64,000 bases of DNA. It comes from Octopus vulgaris (taxonomy: Eukaryota). Below are positions 44,108 through 58,062 of this stretch, in pieces. The DNA is taken from assembly GCA_951406725.2 (NCBI GenBank), contig OX597831.1, positions 11,532,001 through 11,596,000 on the forward strand. Reading direction: 5' to 3'. The number at the start of each line of letters is the position of its first letter. Position 1 is the stretch's first letter. The position numbers and the translations under genes were made by a program. The notes under the pieces are model-generated. The model was not told the origin of the DNA, did no database searches, and saw nothing but the letters and a program-made list of their open reading frames with translations.

Positions 44108-44584
44108 CACTCACACACAGACGTACAATTACATGCGCATTCACATACACACGCACACACACACACACAGATGCATCGGTGAATGCACCTATTTCCCTCT
44201 TTGAATATTTCTTTCTGCTTGTGCAGACACAGTCTATGTTTTTGTATCTTAGTGTGTGTGTGTGTGTGTGTGTGTGCGTGCGTGCGTGTGTGTGTGTATA
44301 GATCGACTGATCGATGTGTCTGGTGTGTATATGTGTGTGTGTGTGTGCGTACGTAGCCAAATGGTTCCGAGTTCAGTCCCACTGCGTGGCACCATAGGAA
44401 AGTGTCTTCTACTATGGTCACGGGTCAAGCAAAGCCTTTTGAGTGGATTTTGTACACAGAAACTGAAAGAAACTCGTCTTATACATACACACACACATAC
44501 ATACATGCATACATACATACACACATACATACACACACACACACACATATAAATACATACATACATACATATATACATTCATAC

Positions 44585-44619
<35 letters not shown>

Positions 44620-44974
44620 GTCGACTTTGCCTTTCATCCTTTCGGGGTCGATAAATAAAGTACCAGTTACGCATTGGAGTCGATGTAATTATAGCTTCCA
44701 TTTATTGTCTGTTCATAGACTCAGGAATTTGTTTGGTTTAGATGGGAAATTTCTTTAGTAAGGAACTTGTGGCGATAAATATGGAGTCGGTTAAGTTCGC
44801 TGGCTTCGAGGATGGTTTCGGCTTTCAAGAGTGAGGCTGCCATGAAGGTAGATCGAGGAGTGGAGTGTGAAAAGGTGAAAAGCGGAGGCCGATTTCTCGC
44901 AGGTACATGATTATACAACACACACATACATTAATTCTCTGTGTGGGTGTGTGTGTTTGTGTATGTGTGAACAT

Positions 44975-45308
44975 GCACGGCTCAGTAATTAGAGCGTCGA
45001 GCTCACAAACATGAGATAGTGAGTTCGATTCCCGGACCAGGTTGTGTGTTGTGATTTTGAGCAAGACACTTTATTTCACGTTGATCCAGTTCACTCATCA
45101 GTAGAAATGAGTTGAGGCGTCACAGGTGCCAGGCTCTATCGGCCCCTTTGCCTTTTCCCTTAGATGGCATCGGTGACGTGGAGTGGGGGAGGCTGGTATG
45201 CATGGGCGACTGCTACTCTTCCATAAACAGCCTTGCCAGGACTTGTGCCTCTGAAGGGAACTTTCTAGGTACAATCCCATGGTCAGTCATGACCGAAGGG
45301 GGTCTTTA
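44975..45308 (+). mobile_element. tRNA-derived SINE (family D)
   Basis: GGCTCAGTAATTAGAGCG...GAGTTCGATTCCC head; TTGAGCAAGACACTT core-like motif. Confidence 0.75.
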
Positions 45309-45345
45309 TATGAATGTACATACATACATCCATACAAACATACAT

Positions 45346-45377
<32 letters not shown>

Positions 45378-45827
45378 GCGTACATACATAAATTGGCCTG
45401 CTCGCTTAGCGTCATTTGAAGGCTAAAACAATGCGAAGCGCATTGTGACCAGCAATGTGTAGCAACATCTGATAGCCTGGTCGATCAGGGTGATCACGGT
45501 GATCACATACATAAATACAAACATATGTATACATGTATATACAGACATACACGGGCACACACATATATTTGGTCATTCTTCTATTTATCTGTTAACATAT
45601 CTCTTCATATATCTATGAATTCTTTACATTGTTTTAAATTTTAGCTGATGGCCATCTTATCTGAACAGTCTACAGATAAAAGTTCTTTCTCTGAATGAAA
45701 TGCTTTTCTTTGGATTGAATTTTAAAGTTACTGTTTCGTTCCTTGGCTCAAATAACTTTAGTTGGCCTATGTCTATGGAGAAATTCATTACGAGTAGTGT
45801 TGTTGTTGTTGTTGCTGTTTTCTTCTT

Positions 45828-45860
<33 letters not shown>

Positions 45861-45884
45861 CTTCTTCTTCTTCTTCTTCTTCTG

Positions 45885-45919
<35 letters not shown>

Positions 45920-45930
45920 CATTATTATTA

Positions 45931-45973
<43 letters not shown>

Positions 45974-45984
45974 CATTATTATTA

Positions 45985-46024
<40 letters not shown>

Positions 46025-46050
46025 CATTATTATTATCATTATTATTATTA

Positions 46051-46118
<68 letters not shown>

Positions 46119-46129
46119 CATTATTATTA

Positions 46130-46160
<31 letters not shown>

Positions 46161-47569
46161 CATTATTCTAAGTACTTCTACACCCGAAACCACACGTAAC
46201 AATTTTCTGCACTGCCCTCAATCAGTCACCCCATCCGTCCTTTAGAAGGGTGTTTATGTATGCATCTTTCAATCAGAATGGGAGGCCTTGCGCCTAAACC
46301 ATTACAGGGTCTCCAGGACAAACGGAAATGAGGGAAGAAGATCCTAAAACGAGGCCCGAATCACAGCAACACCGGGGATTCTACTGAAGGTACCTAAGTT
46401 GGCAGGTTGTGATTTTATATCAGGTGACCGGTTAAGTAAACCACCCACTTTGGGCCTTAGCAAAGCTTAAACCCAGGTCGCAGAGTGCCCGAAAAAAATA
46501 TCGCAAGGCATCCAGTCCGACGTTCGTATAATTCCGTCAAAGCACCATTTTGGATTATTATCTTTTATTCACTCCGAAAGGATGAAGGGCGAAGTTGACA
46601 TTGGTGTGATTTGAACTAAGTATTGCGTTCGAAGAGTTATCTGTTAGTGCAGTAGTGTTGTGTGTGGCGGTGAAGGTCGTAGCGGTGGTGGTGGTGGTGG
46701 TGGTGGTGATGGTGGTAGCAGTGGTGGTGGTGGTGGTGGTGGTGTGTCTGGATATTCGCCAATATACTTTTAATAGACTCACACCTTTTACATTCACCTG
46801 TTCGCTCATGCTGTATAGATTTGACATGTGCCGTTGGCTGTGGTAATGGTGGTGGTGGTGGTGGTGGTGTTGGTGGTGGTGGTGGTGGTGGTGGTGGTGG
46901 TGTTGATGGTAGAGGTGTTGTTGATGTTGCTGCTGCTGCTGCTTCTGCTGGTAGTTGTGGTGGTGTTTGCTGGTGATGGTGGTAAGGTGTTGATGGTGTT
47001 GTTAGAGGTGGCGGTGGTAGTAGTTGTTGTTTTTGTTGTTGTTGCTGTTGTTCTTGTTGTTGTTGGTGTTCTTAGCGATCTAATCACGTCCATAGTACCG
47101 AGTCTGTGACCCCTCAACGCATACTAGTAGCGGCTCGTCCTGGAGAGATTCTCTGAACCAAGAATCGCGCCCCTTGTCATGTAACGTTACTCCAAATAAC
47201 ATTCGAAGGACCCCCATTTCAGCCACTTCGCATTCTAACGTATTAATTCCTTATTATTGCAGAATGTGTGTACAATTAGGGAGATTTGACTGTTATCTCT
47301 AGTGGATTAAGCAGCTATCGTCATTATTTTGTTTCTTATTGGTGGTGGGGGTAGTTTCGCGGTTAACGGAAGTGTTAGACTATGTTTGTGGTGGTAAGGG
47401 CGTTGGTGGCATTGCGTACGAACGAAGGGAATGGTCGTGAAGGTGACGTAGCTATTGCTGCAGCTGGTCACGACGTTGATGAGGGGAAGATGAGGAGGCG
47501 ATGGGCTGAAGTGGGACGATACATGTTGGATAAATGCACAAGGCTATTGGTGGTAGCAGGGAGAGAGGA

Positions 47570-48105
47570 AGAGAGGAGGGAGAGGGAGAGGGAAAGAGAT
47601 GGGTGTCAGAGAGAGGGAGGTAGGGAGAGAGATGGAGGTAAAGAGAGAGAAAGTGGGAGAGAAGTATGGAGAGAGAGAAAGATAGAGATGTATGGAGAGA
47701 GAAAGAAAGAGGGGAGACAGAGAGAGAAAGAGAGAAAGAAGGAAATAGAGAGAATGACAGAGAGATGGAATTAAGAATAGAAAGAAAGAGAGAGAGGGAG
47801 GAGGTATGGAGCGAGAGAGAAAGAAAGAGGGTGGGCAGAGATAGAAAGAGAGAGAGGGGCGGGATGGAGGTATGGAGAGAGAGAAAGAGAGAGAGGAGCG
47901 GGAGGAAGGTATGGAGAGAGAGAGAATGAGAGAGGGGAGACAGAGACAGAAAGAGAGAGAGGGAGGGAGGGGAGAGAAAGAGCGGGAGAATGAGAGAGAG
48001 ACACACACAGAACGAAAGTAAGAGTGAGGGTGAGAGAGGTAATATGGAGAGGAAGAGATAGGGAGAGTGCGAGTGACAGAAAAGAGAAGAAAAAGAGATA
48101 GCAAC

Positions 48106-48136
<31 letters not shown>

Positions 48137-48243
48137 AGGGAAGAAAGTGAGAGTGGAAGAGAGGGAAAGAAGGAAGGAGGTGGGCAAAGTAAGACAGACA
48201 GACAGACAGCAGGCAGATAGATAGATAGATATATTGACAGAGG

Positions 48244-48341
<98 letters not shown>

Positions 48342-48416
48342 CAGACAAATTGATAGAAAGATAGAGAGAGAGGGGGAGAGGGAGAGGTGTAAAGAGAGAG
48401 AGAGAGAGGTGTGCTA

Positions 48417-48475
<59 letters not shown>

Positions 48476-48503
48476 AAGATGCAGCGAGAGAGAGAGAGAG
48501 AGA
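47570..48503. repeat. Polypurine (GA)-rich and (GATA)n tract
   Basis: Visible low-complexity sequence; explains the 424-aa ORF. Confidence 0.95.
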
Positions 48504-49027
48504 TGCCCACTAAATAACCGACGCCTGGTGGCGATGCAGTCATGTAGACTAAGCTAATAGAAAGCAACATGGAACGCCTTAACCTTACGCTTGCCAAAGC
48601 TGTTCTTTCTCCGTTACTCAACATGGAAAAGATAACTAACTGCACCACGACGCCACCAGCAACAACAACAACAAAGAAAAGACAACTGCAGCCTTCACCC
48701 AAACGTACCAAGTGACCACGCTGCACCGAATCATTGCGCTGTGGTTGTTATCCGATCATTTATCTTTCCCCAAAACGATTTCGAGAAACAAGCTGACGTT
48801 AATGTTTTGCTAAATATCGCCTTTATACATGTCTGTAAGCATTTAACAGTCACTAGTTAAATGTTATGTGCGTCGTGTTAAAACATACACTTGCTTGCAC
48901 AACAGGGTGTTTACATGCGGTATTATGTAATAAGTAAAACTTCTGGCTGCTATTTCTTGACACCCTGTCCGCCGCGTAGTGGCTCTCTCGTAAGCTCGAC
49001 GCCATTAATGTATCTGAGAAATGTCGA

Positions 49028-49245
49028 TTAACTCTTTCGCATTTAAACCGACCACATCTGGATCTAGTATTTTACATGTTTTATGTTCAAACTGGCCAGA
49101 TTCAGCCTTTCACACCTGCCCTACAATGTCATTCTAAGAATAAACAATCACATCACTGAAATCTCAAAGCAAGGAGATTAATTAAAAATAATGTCAGTCA
49201 AAAAGCATGACCTTTGAGCGAGTAATCTGAATGTCCAAGCGTTAA
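49028..49245. mobile_element. Degenerate piggyBac-like MITE
   Basis: Bounded by TTAA at both ends with imperfect inverted termini (CTCTTTCGCATTTAAA / TCTGAATGTCCAAGCG). Confidence 0.4.
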
Positions 49246-49404
49246 ATAACAAGTAAAAGGAATGAAACTGCCGCTGATTTCTCTATATTTTTGTAACCAA
49301 ATAAGGTTATTTCTGTCTGTCTATTAAATAAAGAGGGACTTTGGTTCGGGTGTTCTAGGGTTTTGAAGCTGTACAACCACATCTTAGCTACTTTTGTTTC
49401 CAGT

Positions 49405-49660
49405 GGAGGCGCGTGGCTTAGCGGTTAGTGTGTTGGACCCATGATCGTATGACTGTAGTTTCGATTCCTAGACCAGGCGACGCGTTGTGTTCTCGAGCAA
49501 AACACTTCATTTCACGTTGCTACAATCCACTCAGCTGGAAAAAATGAGCAATCCTGCAACGGACCGACGCCTCTTGTCCAGGTGGGGAATACATACGCCA
49601 CGGAAACCGGGAAACTGGCCTTTATGAGTTTATATGATTCGGGAAGGGTCTTTATCCTAT
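49405..49660 (+). mobile_element. tRNA-derived SINE (V-SINE-like body)
   Basis: GGCGCGTGGCTTAGCGGTTAG...GTTTCGATTCC head; CGAGCAAAACACTT; CCTGCAACGGAC...TGTCCAGG...GCCACGGAAACCGGG. Confidence 0.7.
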
Positions 49661-50157
49661 CTTTTTATTTTACTGTTGTTACCAGGCCAACTCTGATTCG
49701 GAGTTAGGGTCTTATTATAAGTAAATTAACATGCAAATAGAGGTCAGCTGTGAACATGGAAATAAACAGCTCAGGTCCAGAACACAGGTGGTTCCTCTGC
49801 AAGGGCTAGCACCCGGTAACCACGCCAGCCAGGATTGCGCTGAAACCCCCGGGATGTAACACGGTGGATGTGAACCATTTTAGCAAATGAATCGTTTTTG
49901 AACCAGTGGTGAATATCACTTGATGCTGATCGGATGAACGGACAACAAAGTATCAACGACTAGGATCAACCAGTTCAGTCGGCGAACTGCAGCTATCGTC
50001 TGAAGTTATGGCGTGCGCAGATGAGATATTTGAGCAAGCGGGAGACCAATGTGACTAAAACTCAAACCAGACGCTCATGTCGCATTCCTCGCTTGGGATA
50101 TCTGGTCCAGAAGAGATACAAATGTCCGGAAAGCCGCCCGAATCGAGGATGGTCATG

Positions 50158-50307
<150 letters not shown>

Positions 50308-50308
50308 A

Positions 50309-50351
<43 letters not shown>

Positions 50352-50381
50352 ATGTCTGTCTTTCTGTCTGTCTGTCTGTTG

Positions 50382-50428
<47 letters not shown>

Positions 50429-50445
50429 GTCTGTCTGTCTATCTA

Positions 50446-50483
<38 letters not shown>

Positions 50484-50634
50484 CAGCAAAAACAATTAAG
50501 ATTCAAGTGAGTTCCAATGAATTCACATGAATGTGGTGCTTAACTTAGATGCACCAGAAATCTTTATGGTATTAACCATAAAATAATGTGGGGTGATTAT
50601 AACCAAGAAAAAAGCAACAAGAATGGATTAGTTG

Positions 50635-50723
50635 TTCAGTACAATTGTTTCATACTAAGAGCAATTTTATTTAAAGCTGCAAATATTGCAGCAAATACAA
50701 ATGTCCAGTATTCATCAGCTAAA
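50635..50723 (-). ncRNA. Type I hammerhead ribozyme, canonical core
   Basis: Minus strand: UUUAG-CUGAUGA-AUACUGG(...)UUAGUAU-GAAA-CAAUUG-UA-CUGAA; GUA cleavage triplet; palindromic ACAAUUGU stem III. Confidence 0.82.
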
Positions 50724-50752
50724 TCACATACATGTGTTCCAGACATCCTAGA

Positions 50753-50851
<99 letters not shown>

Positions 50852-51733
50852 TGTATGTATTTAGGTATTTATATATAATATTATCAGAGTAATAACCTCA
50901 TGACATGCACTTCAAAGCTACTATACGGTCATCGGTTACCTCATGCTATCATACCGAGGAATACACCTTTTATTAGATATACATGTGGAAATCCGTTAGT
51001 GAGCACAGAATTCATGCAAAACACACACACACACAAATATATACATATATACAAACCGATATATGTATATACACACGAACATGCTTGTGCTTATGCGTAT
51101 ATACGTTACACATAAGTATGTATATGTTTATACTCAAGCATGTATGTATGTGTATGTACACACGCATAAGCACACATCCAAATATTTATACGCAGAAAAA
51201 CTGAACCTGTCAGATTCGAATCTCCGTTTATACAAGATTACCTCTGTGCATTACATACAAGGCCATTTATTAATATCATTATTATTATTAATATTATTAT
51301 TATTATTATTATTATAAGTTATATTACGGTCCACTCACTCCCCCACCTTACATTGGGAGTTATCAGAAACAACATCATCACCATCATCGTCATCATCATC
51401 GTCGTCATCATCATCAACAACAACAACAGCCGGTACCAGAACTGCCGCTGGCCACCCGCTTCTAATACGAAGATGTTAATTTCCAAACGTAACCACGTGA
51501 TATATCTAATTTGTCAGCAAAATATTGGCGCTCGGCTGGAAATCTAATTGCCTAATAATGTGTTTCTTACCCAGGGGTATATAGAACTCGGGGCAAATAT
51601 ACTGACATGTTGCACTCACTCACTCACTCATCCTCTCACCCTCTCATTCACTCATTCACTCTCTTACTCGTTCTTTCTCACTCTCTCACTTACTCACTTA
51701 TTCTTTCATTCAATCACTATCTCACTCTTATTA

Positions 51734-51782
<49 letters not shown>

Positions 51783-52266
51783 TCCTTACTCAAGTACTCT
51801 TTCTCTCTCTCTCTTACTCATCTCCTTACTCAAGTACTCTTTCTCTCTCTCAGTTCCTAACTCAATCACTCTCTCACTTTCTCATTCTCTTATTCTTTCC
51901 TCTCTCTTTCTCACTCTCTTACTGTCTTATTCACTCATTCTTTCTCCCACTCTTTCACTCACTCACTCACTCTCTCTCATTCTCTTACTCCTTCTCCCTC
52001 TCAAGGTCTTTAATGTATTACAGCTTTCAAACATTGGACAGCGGCCACGCTAGAGCAACACCTACGATATAACGGAGTTCTAAATCGATCTTCTAACGTT
52101 TGGCAGCTGAACTTGAACCCCTCTCTCACTGCTTCCGGGAAGATGCCTCGTCTGTATCGCTATTCTATAAATACTTCGGAAAGTTGCCTCGTCTTTATCG
52201 CTATTCTATAAATACATGTGGTTTGTTAGCAAGCTACTTACCACACAAGCCACTCCTGCGCCTAAA

Positions 52267-52308
<42 letters not shown>

Positions 52309-52504
52309 CTCACTCTCTCCCTCTCTCTCTCTTTATATATATATATATATATTTAAACGCAGGACTATATAAAGAGCCACAGAAAATGGTATGAAGAACA
52401 GCACCATTCTAGACACTTACGTATAAAGTATACATTCACGCGCTTTGACAATAAAGTAAATAGCACGCTCATGCACATACAACTATAACCAAAACAAAAA
52501 CACT

Positions 52505-52542
<38 letters not shown>

Positions 52543-52938
52543 TACAGAGTTTCAAACACTTATATAGGCACAAAAACAACTATACAAGTAATCAGCATAA
52601 TGGTATAGACAATTTCTCAGAAGTACATAGACTGGAACACGAAATTAGAAAAGTATACATGTGCACGGTGATACATGAACATACTTAATAAAGTAAATGT
52701 TAAATACTAAAGTACATACAGCTTTAACGAAGCAAAAAGAAAAAAATGATTTGTCATACACATACACGCAGACACACAAAAACACTAACACACATAACAA
52801 CATGTGTATAAACTACATACATATGTATATGTATGTAGTTCAGAAAAAGTAATACTATACAAACACACCTACACAAACACAAAAATCACCTCCACACACG
52901 CACGCACACAGATAGATAGATGTATATAGATACATACT

Positions 52939-52996
<58 letters not shown>

Positions 52997-53096
52997 TGTA
53001 CGTATTTATGTATATGCACACATATGTATGTGCAAGCGGGAGTGTGTGTGTGTGTGTATATATATTATATACATACACATACACGCACAAACACAA

Positions 53097-53142
<46 letters not shown>

Positions 53143-53237
53143 CACATAGAAATATAAAAACCACCATGCAGCAAGTCAACAAAACAGCCTTCACTTTACA
53201 ACTGCACACAAATATATATGAACTCGCACGCATGTAA

Positions 53238-53268
<31 letters not shown>

Positions 53269-53857
53269 CACACAAACACATACACACATATTCAATTACT
53301 CACATACTACCACATGCGCATAACCGGCAAAAGATACACACAATTACACAAAACTATGTAACAAATACATATCGTTATGTTAGACAAATTTATAAACAAT
53401 TTACATACACAACCCGCCAAAACAACCATTTTACACAGACACACAAAAACACACATTCACCAAAAAAAAAAAAATAGAAACAGAAAACTCGCCCAAAACA
53501 CCATCTCCCACTGCGGCCCACATCCTTGCCTGCTAAGTAAATAAGAGCAGTAAACAATGTAGATATTAATTTAAAGCGTTCATGTTATTTAAAACTTAAT
53601 TATTTTTGTAAGAGAGTTTGTTATTTTCAAATGTCTATTCTCTTTTAAAGTCATTATCGTATCTAACTGATAATATCGTTTGATATTTCATTACAGTTTT
53701 TTTTTTTGTTTTTTCTTCCTTTTCTTCTTGTTTCATTTTTATAATTTTCTTTTATTTTCTTCTCGTTATATATTTTTTAGTTTTTCCTTTCCGTTTGGTT
53801 TGTTTTTTTTTCAGTATTTTTTTCTTTTTTCATATAGTTGTTTTAGATGTGTGCCAC

Positions 53858-53888
<31 letters not shown>

Positions 53889-54014
53889 AGAGACAGAGAG
53901 TGGGGAGGGTAGACAGAGTGATTGATAGATATAGATTTGTTCGATAAATTTATATAATATATATGTTCATATGCATTCTTAAATAAGGTGCATACACATA
54001 TCTATGAAATATAT

Positions 54015-54046
<32 letters not shown>

Positions 54047-54421
54047 AACACGCACACTTATACATGTATATATGTATATATATATATGCGTGTGTGCGTG
54101 TGTGTTGACATCTATAACATGTAACAGATGAGAGTTTGCAGGTGTGTGTATGCTTGTCTATAACAGTATAGATATTATTATTATATATATATATATACTA
54201 TCATGTATAAATATGTATGTGTATATGTGTGTTAATACATATGTATATACACACTCACATGTATATGTGCGTGTTCTGGGTATGTATATATATATATACA
54301 TATATATATATATAATGAGATATATGATTTATATATATAGAGATGATAGATAGATTTGTATGTATATATATGTAAACATATATATGTAAACATATATATA
54401 TATATATATATACATACAGAT

Positions 54422-54477
<56 letters not shown>

Positions 54478-55150
54478 ATGTATGTATATGTATGTATAAA
54501 AGGTATGATAGCTTCTCCCCTACATTCCAGATAAATTAAATCGAGAAATTCAGCTCGTCTCTATTTAATACGTAATAAATAGTGTTATATAAAGACTGAT
54601 GAAAATATCTTGTTATATATATATAACATGTATAACAATACCATCAAAAGTAACATTTGCAGCAGCAGCAGCAGCCATAGCAGCAACACCGAATATAAAG
54701 ATATATTAGCAAAATAGTAGAAAATGAAATAGAATTTATAAAAGAATGGATATATTACGGAAACTAAGTACGTTAAGGAGCATAAAACAGCGAAGCTATG
54801 GAGAACAAAACGCATCAAGTGAATAAAGAAAGGCGCCATATCTAAACCTCGGATTCAACAGTCATATGTATAATTCTTTTTAGGGACAGTTTCACAAGAA
54901 GTAGATGAGAAAGCTACAAATTATAGAGTGTGAATATACGGTTTTAAAGCTTCGAGATCCACCGTTCCAACATAGAATTAGTCACGGTTTTCTCAAAGTT
55001 TATGTTTTCATGACATTGATAATTTGTAGTTATATTAAGAGACCAACAAATCGCAACCAGGGCAACAACCAAATATCAGTATGAAAATATGCCCTTTATA
55101 TAGTAATTGTTTAGCAAAAGGAAAGAACATACGAATACAGATGTACGCCC

Positions 55151-55227
<77 letters not shown>

Positions 55228-55289
55228 TGATGATGATAATAATAATGATGATAATAATAATAATAATAATAATAATGATAATAATAATA

Positions 55290-55551
55290 ATAGGGAGTAT
55301 AACTCCAAACTCACAGGGAAAATTCAATTTAGTATTAAATCAAATTTCATATTATAAATATATAAAATATGAATTAGAGATAAAACCGCTATTATGAAAC
55401 TCAAACAATGATAGATAATACATAAATAACAAATAATATACATAATTAATGTAATATATTATATATATATATTAATTTTTTTTTGTTATTTATGTATTAG
55501 TTTATGTCTATCACTGTTTGACTTGCATTATAGTGGTTATATCTCTAATTC

Positions 55552-55556
<5 letters not shown>
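55290..55556. repeat. AT-rich repeat family with diverged inverted duplication (55366-55556); second copy 61819-62120
   Basis: TAGGGAGTATAA...CAAACT.ACAGGGAAAA.TTCAATTTA shared with 61820; ATATGAATTAGAGAT...ATACATAAATAACAAA present in both orientations. Confidence 0.8.
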
Positions 55557-55602
<46 letters not shown>

Positions 55603-55650
55603 AAAAAAATTCAAGGTAGAAAATGCTAAAATAATTTTATAAAAACATTT

Positions 55651-55686
55651 CAGTACCAGTTTCAGTCATTGAGACTATTTCATCTG
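55651..55686 (-). ncRNA. Decayed hammerhead-like motif
   Basis: Minus strand: CAG-AUGAAAU-AGUC(UCAAU)GACU-GAAA-CUGG-UA-CUG; stems intact, first core strand mutated. Confidence 0.45.
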
Positions 55687-55803
55687 TAAGTATGGAAAAC
55701 AAATTTTGGAAAAATTAAATGAAAAGTATTTTAAAAGAATATTTTAGTGTTCAAATACAAGGGGAATTCTCTTTGTTTCTGCCTGTCTCTGTCTCTCTTG
55801 TTT

Positions 55804-56601
55804 ACTCGAGTGCAGAGGCGAAAACGTGGCCGTCATAAGAGTCGTAAGATGCTATGAGGAGGGAAAAAAGCCTACAAAAATGACGATTTTTTTTATTTTG
55901 GGGTAAATTCTCTTTCAACTCGAGAGAAAATGTAATTAATTTGACGACTGTGTTTCATGGGTATAGTTCCACTGATCGTAAGAATCAAATATCGATTGCA
56001 ACGGTTATAATATACCTGTTATATGTTTTAGCATACAACGTTGCAACGTTTCGAATCGATAATTTTAAGTGCAGGTGTTATAAAAATGCATGTTACATAT
56101 TTTAGCACACACACACACATACACACACACACACCTTTAGCATCGATAATTTAAGTGCAGCTGAAATAATTGATGAGCATTTTAACACCGCAATAATTTA
56201 GGCAAAATTTCGTTAATCAGTTAATCCGAAATCCTCTTATGCTTTGCTTGAGTGGCTTCGGTAAAAATTTATTTGTATTAACTTATCCTTAGTGCATATT
56301 CCATCGATGTATAACATTTCAAGAAAATCGGTTTAAAACTAAAAGTTATGGCAGAAAATAACATTCATATGAGAATTTGCATTGAAATAGCCAATTGATT
56401 TTAGAAAATCGATGCTGATTAAAAATTATCGTTTTATTATTTTTTTTTGAGATTCCAACTGCGTAAGTGACCGCATGGACACACGTGTCAAGTTTGATCA
56501 AGATCGGTTCGATAGTCTCGGAGGAGTTAAAATAACAAATTCACAAACACACACAGTCACAAACAGACAGAAATTGCCATTTATGTGTGTATATATAATA
56601 G
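55804..56601. mobile_element. Possible Helentron/DINE-like non-autonomous element
   Basis: TGTCAAGTTTGATCAAGATCGGTTC...GGAGGAGTT...ACAGACAG...TATATAATAG end and CATTTCAAGAAAATCGGTT internal motif; boundaries uncertain. Confidence 0.35.
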
Positions 56602-56638
56602 AATTATGTTACAAAAAGAAAATAGAAAGTACACTTAC

Positions 56639-56688
<50 letters not shown>

Positions 56689-56708
56689 GCATACATACAT
56701 ATATATAT

Positions 56709-56756
<48 letters not shown>

Positions 56757-57115
56757 GTATATATATGTATATATATATATATATGTATATATATGTATAT
56801 AAATATATATATATGTATGTATATATATATGTATATATATATATACATATACGCACACACACACATACACACCACACATATATATAATTATGATATAATA
56901 GAATAACATTTTTTTTAAATTTTCAGGGGTCAGCATATAAAAATATAGACCTATTAAGGTGAAATCATAAATACTATTACAATTAAGAGCATAGAAAAGA
57001 ATTCTTGCCTAAATGCTGAAAGGCGACGGTAAATCGACGAACCACATCAAGTATCTCCGCTGTTATTATTACCCACGGGTCGAAATCGAGGGAGCAAGCC
57101 AACGGAAGTTCATAG

Positions 57116-57174
57116 CTCTCTGGATCGGCTAATTTCTGGATTAACCCAACGGTTTTTACTTCATCAGCAGAGAA
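57116..57174 (-). ncRNA. Type I hammerhead motif, canonical core, weak stem II
   Basis: Minus strand: UUCUCUG-CUGAUGA-(24 nt with AACC/GGUU hairpin)-GAAA-UUAGCCGA-UC-CAGAGAG; 7-bp stem I; AUC triplet. Confidence 0.6.
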
Positions 57175-57619
57175 TACTTGGGAAATAAGTGAAATAATTA
57201 TACTTGCTCACAGAAAAGCAGACGCGATATCATGAATGCTTATAAGTAGCCCAAATATATTCATATCGAATTCCATAGCAATGCTCGACACGTGTGTAAT
57301 CGGCCAAGAATAGCACACCTGAGTATCTTTCTGTGTGTCGGTGCGTGTGTGTTGTGTCTTTGTTTGTCACCCGTCGACAACAATATATCGATAGAAACCA
57401 CACTGGAAGCAAAACACAATTACTAGTATCCGTTTGTTCAACGGAAGGCCTTCGAGAAGCTGCTCCAGCATTGCCGCTGTCAAACGACTGAATTAAGTAA
57501 AACATAGATGTAAAGGATATGTTGTTAAACACACACACACACCCACCCGCGCACACGTATACAAACTTCTAATGTTAAATTCCTTTCCTCTTGTTTATGA
57601 AATGAAAACAGATACTAAC

Positions 57620-57651
<32 letters not shown>

Positions 57652-57840
57652 AATAAGTATATATATATATATATATATAAGTATATATATATATATATAT
57701 ATATATATACTATTTTCACGTGTATGCACACAAACACACTCACACACATATATACAAATAAATTTTGAGTGAGAAAGAGACAAAGAACTGCGCGTACCGG
57801 TACGTGCAGCTACGTGTGTTGGCATCGGTGTGTAGGTATA

Positions 57841-57902
<62 letters not shown>

Positions 57903-58022
57903 TGGATGGATATAAGTCAACGCCTTCACAATGCTTGTATACATATATACATAATACTGTTTGAAGCCTTCGCATTTTGGTTCATGAAACCATTTAGAAA
58001 TTATGACATGTAATGATACGTG

Positions 58023-58062
<40 letters not shown>

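Noticed and set aside
48568-48714. 48-codon ORF MERLNLTLAKAVLSPLL...
   Set aside because: Short, unrecognisable and without supporting gene structure.
52144-52214. Local tandem duplications (also 39065-39205 and 51779-51850)
   Set aside because: Two-copy slippage duplications; not CRISPR-like arrays.
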